From NCBI RefSeq assembly GCF_004010195.1, contig NC_057754.1:8866566-8923237 (forward strand): DNA of 56,672 bases, given 5' to 3'. The notes under the pieces were generated by a model. That model saw nothing but the letters and a program-made list of their open reading frames with translations. It had not been told where the DNA came from and did no database searches. Positions 50,376-56,672 of the stretch are shown one piece after another; the stretch's first letter is position 1, and every line of letters starts with the position of its first letter. The position numbers were made by a program, and so were the translations under genes. This stretch comes from Chiloscyllium plagiosum. Taxonomy: Eukaryota.

Positions 50376-50917
50376 CTGAATTGTCAGGAAGGAGAAACAA
50401 CTGGCTCACTAATGTATTTTAGGGAAGGAAACTGCCATCCTTAAGCTGGTCTCGTGCACAGCATTGTAGTTAACTCTTACCTGCCCTGGGCAGTTCGGAG
50501 TGGACAGTAAGTTGTGGCCTAACCAGTGATGCTCTCGTTCCTGTGCATGAACTTTTAAAAATTGCTGTGGACCAATTGTTGTGATTCCCATCAGTGATTT
50601 CACTGCAAAAGTACTCCTTTGCTGTGAACCACTTTGGGACATCCTAAAAGGTTTGATCGGCACTGCATAAATGAACATGGCTTCTCCGTGTTTTGCCTGG
50701 AATGGAAACTGCCTGAACACTCTTGGCACAGTAAGACCTTTGCTGTTCTGACACACGGGTGTGCATCAATGAGGCTGACATCCTTGCTCAACGTTAGCTG
50801 CACTTGTGTGGAAAGGAGATGTGGAAAGAGCTGGTCTTTCCTGTGGAGAGACAGAGCCTTGTGCTTACCCTCAACAGTGCACAGCTCTTCTTGTGCTTTT
50901 AGTTTGCACAGCATCAA

Positions 50918-51236
50918 ATTTAGATTAGATTAGATTAGATTAGATTTTTTAGATTCTCTACAGTGTGTAAACAGCCCAACCAGTCCACACCGACCCTCCG
51001 AAGAGTAACCCTCCCCGACCCATTCCCCTCTGACTAATACACCTAACACTATGGGCAATTTAGCACAGCCAATTCACCTGACCTGCCCATCTTTGGACTT
51101 TGGGAGGAAACCGGAGCACCCGGAGGAAACCCACACAGACACGGGGAGAATGCGCAAACTCCATACAGACAGTCGCCCGAGGCTGGAATTGAACCTGGGA
51201 CTGCTATGAGGCAGCAGTGCTAACCACTGAGCCACA
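50918..51236 (-). mobile_element. HE1-like SINE with (TTAGA)n tail
   Basis: Near full-length copy; microsatellite tail 50920-50945. Confidence 0.9.
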
Positions 51237-51294
51237 TGCAGATGTAGTGAACAAATTAAAGATAAATGTTTTGAGTGTGCTTGTTAGCTCATAC

Positions 51295-51625
51295 GTTGGG
51301 AGAAGAGAACTCTGAATCCATGGTATTATTCCCCCTTCTCAGGCTAGGTGAACTATTTTCTGTCCATATTAGTACAGAACCCAAAGCTTTGAATTTGTTG
51401 TATTATCCCTGTTATCTGTCTGTATCATTGATGTGCTGAGAACTTTAAATCCCTAGTGTTATCTCCGTTTTCTGCAAGGGCTATGTACCTTCCATTATAC
51501 TAAGCTGAGGGCTTTAAATCCACATTACCATTCCTGTTTTCAGGATGGGTTAACTGTCCTCTGTCTTTAGTGTTCGAGCTGAGAGCTCTGAATCCTTGGT
51601 ATTATCCCTGTTCTCCATAAGAGTA
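51295..51625 (+). repeat. Diverged tandem repeat, ~70-bp period, 5 copies
   Basis: GAGAGCTCTGAATCCTTGGTATTATCCCTGTT-like core at ~51310, 51388, 51442, 51510 and 51586. Confidence 0.65.
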
Positions 51626-53047
51626 ACGGTCCTCTATTATTGAAGTGCTGTTAATAAAGTCACTAAAATACAATTGGTTATTGGAAGTTTGATTACCTCG
51701 TGTCTGAAATCATTAGATTCAGTATTTCGAGTGAATAAGGTGAACAAAGAAACACATCATGGCCCAGCCGTCCAGCTCAATATTCAAAAGAGACAGTCTG
51801 TTATCTAAATCCTCTAGTAGGCAGACTAGAAGACAGTCCCTCCTCTAAGAAACCCTTGAATCATTGGTAAATATCTTGCATATGTGACTGCGTTCCAGCT
51901 GTCAGTTTCTGTTATTTGGACAGAGCAGTCACTCAAGCTTAAAAAAAAACAGTTTGGGTCACAACTCTGGTCACTGCATTACAGGCAGTATGTCATGACA
52001 CTTCAGAGAGCACAGCAGATATTTATCTGGATATCAACAGAACTGGTGAACTTCAGTGATGAGGAAAGATTGGATCGGCTGCATTTGTTTTCTGTGGGAT
52101 TGAAGAAGTTGAGGGGATTGGGATCCAGACAGAGTGGATAGGAAGGGCCTATTTCATTCACAAATTAATAACCAGAGTCATGAGTTTAAAGTAATTGTTG
52201 ACAGGATTAGAGAGGAATGAGGGTGGAGGTTTTTCACCTGGAGCATGGTGGGTGGTCTAGAACTTGCTGTCTTAAAGGGTCATAGAGGCAGAAACAAATA
52301 CTCTGCTCTGCAATTGAGGTGCTATGACCCTGGGGCTACAGACCAAGCAGGACAGTGAGCTTAGACTGGAGAGCTCATTTCCAGCCTGTAAATATTGAGT
52401 ACCTGTATCTATATCTTAATAAGTGCTGCTGAATGTGACCTCAGTCAACACAAGGAAATCTCATCAGACCCTCCCATGACATCAGTAATGTCAGCCGAAT
52501 CCACAGAGTCTCTCCCAACTCCTCAAACCATGCAACCCTCCTTGTGAGTATAACTTATTGTTGGATTACATTGTCCTGGAGTCTGCCTCCAAACAAGTAG
52601 CTCAGATGCTGGAATTCTGAAACAAACACAGAACAGTAGATAAGCTTAGCAGGTCTGACAGAGGAAGACTTCCACTTAGAGTCCAGGAGGAGTTCTGACA
52701 AAGAGTCATACAGATTTGAAGCATTGACTCTGTTGCTCTCTCAACGGATGGTTCCAGACCGACTGAGTCTCTCCAGCTTTCTCTGTGTTTGATCCAGACA
52801 GGGGTCAGTGTCACGACAGTTCAGGGAATCCAGTTTCATTCACTTCTAGATCTGCATGACAGGTAAAACTGTAGATGGTTCTTAAGTGAGGAGTCCTGTG
52901 GTTCCTTGTCAAATATTAGTCAGGATTCTGAAATCCTGTTTTCTTACAGTCCATCCAGGAAACCACACACTGAGTATAAAATCTTTAGCAGGGTCAGTGT
53001 TGAAGTTCCATGGCAGGAGAGATCCTAGAATAATTTTTTTTCTTCTT

Positions 53048-53296
53048 CTGGATTCCCTACTGTATGGAAACACGCCCTTCAGCCCAAGTCCACACCGACC
53101 CTGCAAGGAGTAACCCACCCAGACCCATTCCCCTACCCTATATTTACCCCTGATTTAGCTTGGCCAATTCGCCTGACCTGCACATGTTTGGAAACTGGAG
53201 CAAACCCTTGCAGACAGGGGGAGAATGTGCAAACTCCACACAGACAGTCGCTCGAGGTGGGAGTCGAACCCGGGTCCCTGGTGCTCCGTGCTGCCC
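53048..53296 (-). mobile_element. HE1-like SINE
   Basis: Central domain, B box and tail. Confidence 0.8.
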
Positions 53297-53364
53297 CAAC
53301 GGTCAGGATCATCCCCCTCTGGATATTTTTCATTGTCTTATCCCTTCCTGGGATATGTGTTGTA

Positions 53365-53880
53365 AGAAATAGGAATAGGAGTAGGCCATTCAACCTCTTG
53401 AGCTTTCATTTAATGGGATCAGGCTGATCTGACACTCCTCAAGTCTACTTTCCTTAGCTTTCCCCATAACCTTGATTCTCTGACTGATTAAGAATGATCG
53501 ATCTCAGTCTTAAATATAGACAAGGACTCTGCCTCCACAGCTGTCTGTGCAAGACTGTCAGCCCCCAATCGCCATCTTGAATTGTTGCTCCTTTATCCTG
53601 TGACTATGCCCTCTGGTCCTAAACTCTCCCATGAGGGGAAACATCCTCTTAGCATTTACCTTGTCAAGCCCCTTAAAAATCCTTTATGTTTCAATAAGAT
53701 CATCTCTCACTCTTCTAAATCCTAATGAGTCCCAACCTGATTAACCTTTGCCTCCACTCCAAGATCACCCTAGCAAAGCTGCCTCCAATTACATGATACC
53801 TTTCTTTAAATAAGGGGACCAAAACTGCGCACATTGGACTCACCAGCAGCTTGTACTGTTTCATTAGGACTGCCCTACTC
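53365..53880 (-). mobile_element. Old CR1 3' fragment
   Basis: KQYKLLVSP...PLFKE remnant and CR1 tail. Confidence 0.7.
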
Positions 53881-54292
53881 TTACACAAACCTTCCTTTAT
53901 ATAAGGATGTTCTTGGCAAGGCCAGTATGTGTTCTCCATCTCCGGTTGCCCTTGACTGGTTTGCCAGGCCGTTTCTGACAGCATTTACAAGTCAAGCACA
54001 TCACTGTGGGTCTGGAGTTACAGTTGGCCAGACTGAGTAAGACAGGCAGGAAGAACACAGCAAGACAAACAGCATCAGGAGGTGGAGAAGTTGACATTTG
54101 GCAGATTTTGTTTCCTAAAGGACATTAGTGAATCAACTGGCTTTTTTCAGCAATCAATGACTGCTATGACTAGCCATAGAGATGTACAGCATGGAAACAG
54201 ACCCTTCGGTCCAACCTATCCATGCTGACCAGATATTCCAACCCAATCTAGTCCCACTGGCCAGCACCTGGCCCATATCCTGGCCCATTAGT

Positions 54293-54622
54293 GGGCGGCA
54301 CGGTGGCACAGTGGTTAGCACTGCTGCCTCACAGCGCCAGAGATCCGGGTTCAATGCCCGCCTCAGGCGACTGACTGTGTGGAGTTTGCACGTTCTCCCC
54401 GTGTCTGCGTGGGTTTCCTCCGGGTGCTCCGGTTTCCTCCCACAGTCCAAAGATGTGCAGGGTCAGGTGAATTGGCCATACTAAATTGTCCATAGTGTTA
54501 TGTAAGGGGTAAATGTAGGGGTATGGGTGGGTTTCGCTTCGGCGGGTCGATGTGGACTTGTTGGGCCGAAGGGAGGGCCTGTTTCCACACTGTAATCTAA
54601 TCTAATCTAATCTAATCTAATC
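54293..54622 (+). mobile_element. Young full-length HE1-like SINE with (TAATC)6 tail
   Basis: CpG-rich with intact A box; abuts a minus-strand CR1 tail at 54165-54280. Confidence 0.92.
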
Positions 54623-54954
54623 AGACTCCGTCCCCTCCACACCCATATTCTTTGAATATCAGCTTCTGCGAATTGAAAGTAAGTTTATATTTATAACTGC
54701 AGCGTTTGGTAAGGGGAAATATCTTGTACATTGCAGAAATGGGCAAGAACAATGTTACGAGTGATGTTACACTGTTTATGTCAGTTTCTCACCAATGGAT
54801 AGTTGCATTGTATCCTAACAATTTAGTGCTTTGTAACTGACTCCGTATTTCATTCTGTAACTGCCAGTTTGTTGTTTCTAATCTTGTTTTTACTCAGTTT
54901 GTCAATCACTGGCATGTGAGAGAGCAAAAACCTCAACATTTCTAGCTTAGATTT

Positions 54955-56672
54955 TTAAATATTACAACAAATACAAAACAATGCAATTCAAAACAGTACA
55001 AAAATAATACAAAACTAAACCCAAATAATAAAAAAAATTCCCCAACCCACCCTCCTATACGAATGTATAAATATATATAGAGAACTATAAAATTTAAAAA
55101 AAACCTAAACTAGCAATTTAATTAACTAACTAAATAAATACCTAACAACAAACAAATAAATAGTAATAACTCAGCCCAGCCAAACAAAACACTCATACAT
55201 TCACAGTTCCTCCCCCCTGGATATTGGACTCATGAAACACAATTGTTACGGCTATATAAAAGCCCTTGTTAGTGTGGCAGATAAATCTGTGTCCAGGTAT
55301 TTCAAAAAGGGTTGCCATGTCTTGTAAAAATTCTCAGTTTTGTGGTTACCATATTTGTAAGAAAATCCAGGGGAATATGCTCCACAAAAATCTTCTGCCA
55401 ACCCGATAGGCCTGGGGGGGTTTTCTGATATCCAACCTAGCAAGATATTCTTCCTTGCACAGAATGTAAGAATATTGAAACGTTTTGCCTTATGCGAGTC
55501 TGCAGGAAATACAGTGGGTGAAAGGAGTGAAATAAGGTCCTTCTCCACCCCTACACCTAAAATCCTCTCCATTGCACCCACTACACCGCTCCAATATGTT
55601 TGAAGCCTGTCACAAGACCAAAGACAATGGGTAAGAGTACCCATACAGACCTTGCACTTGGGGCATGCTGAAGATACCCCTGGTTTAAATTTTGACAAAC
55701 GGTCTGGGGCTAAGTGGACCCTGTGGAGAATATTCAACTGTAAAGCATTGGTCCTATTGCAAATTGATATCTCTCTTGTATTCTCCCAAATATCCTCCCA
55801 TGCCTCTGAAGAAACTTCAACACCTAGCTCTCTTTCCCACATCTTGCAGAGTCGATCAGACTCATCTGAGGTGGCACCCCCCAATTGGTGATATAGAGTA
55901 CTGACAGAGAGTGTACTCTTAGCCCTTAGTACCCCTCTTTCTATGTCAGATTTGTAGGGATCAATTAAAAGTATGGTCCTTTTTTGAATAAAATCCCTAA
56001 CATGAAAAAAACGAAAGAGGTCTCTATTAGGTAACTCGTACTTCCGTACTAACTGATCGAAGGACATCATTACATCTCCCTCAAATAAATCACCCATGCA
56101 AGATATATCCCTAGCTGCCCAACGTTTAAATCCTGAATCTATCATACCTGGTTGAAAACTCGGCATACCCACTAAAGGTGTAAACAAAGATGTTTTGCCA
56201 ATATTACCTTCCCTCTACCGAATTGTCCTCCATGCTTTAACAGTATTGACGACTATTGGGTAATGGCAATATTCCCTAACTGTCCTCACCTTGTCCAAAA
56301 ACAGCAAACTGGTAAGGGGGCACCTTGCCTGGGAGACTTCGATATCTAGCCGTATTGAAAGAGGGTCCCCACAAACCCAATCACTTACATAGGTCAAAAG
56401 CGAGCTTAATTGGTAATTTAAGGTCTACTTCCCCCCCCCCCCCCCCCCCCCTTCCCAAACTGAGGGGCAACTGTTCAGTCTCCTGAGTGTGTGTTTATTG
56501 AAAATCAGGGGGGGAGCGTCCGTATAGGGTATAGCAAACGAGGGAGAATATTCATCTTAATAAGCGCTATCCGACCCAACCATGAGACTGGAAGTGCCTC
56601 CCATCTTTGGAGATCTTGTTTAATTTTTTTCAAATAATTGAGTAAAATTGGCTTTGAACAGCCAATCCAGAA
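54955..56672 (-). mobile_element. L1-clade LINE 3' portion (ORF2 C-terminus and T-rich 3' UTR), continuing past the window edge
   Basis: ORF 55252..56187(-): WERELG...WEDIW...ILHRVHLAP...CPKC...GTLTHCLWSC (zf-RVT-like); upstream [16 protein letters not shown]. Confidence 0.85.

Overview
Repeat-dense eukaryotic DNA, almost certainly from a cartilaginous fish (shark). The taxon is inferred from HE1-like V-SINEs, HER1/CR1 LINEs and MEKPWKC-type zinc-finger genes. The window is part of a C2H2 zinc-finger cluster: two intact, divergently oriented finger-only ORFs (7 fingers on -, 9 on +), two decayed ZNF pseudogenes, and four CpG-rich promoters that share a paralogous module (inverted CCAAT, exactly 10 bp, CCATCAATCA, then NRF1/YY1 sites). 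Most of the rest is layered retroelements: CR1, L2-like, RTE, Rex1, L1-like, Penelope, two SINE families and two probable solo LTRs. Highlights are (i) Penelope-borne minimal hammerhead ribozyme motifs, one in a young insertion with a perfect 14-bp TSD; (ii) a decayed Copia (GalEa-like) gag-protease that reads through once a 2.6-kb nested insertion is removed from its catalytic motif; (iii) two head-only SINE copies flanked by perfect 41- and 52-bp duplications. Repeat boundaries are approximate, and family names come from motif recognition, not database searches.
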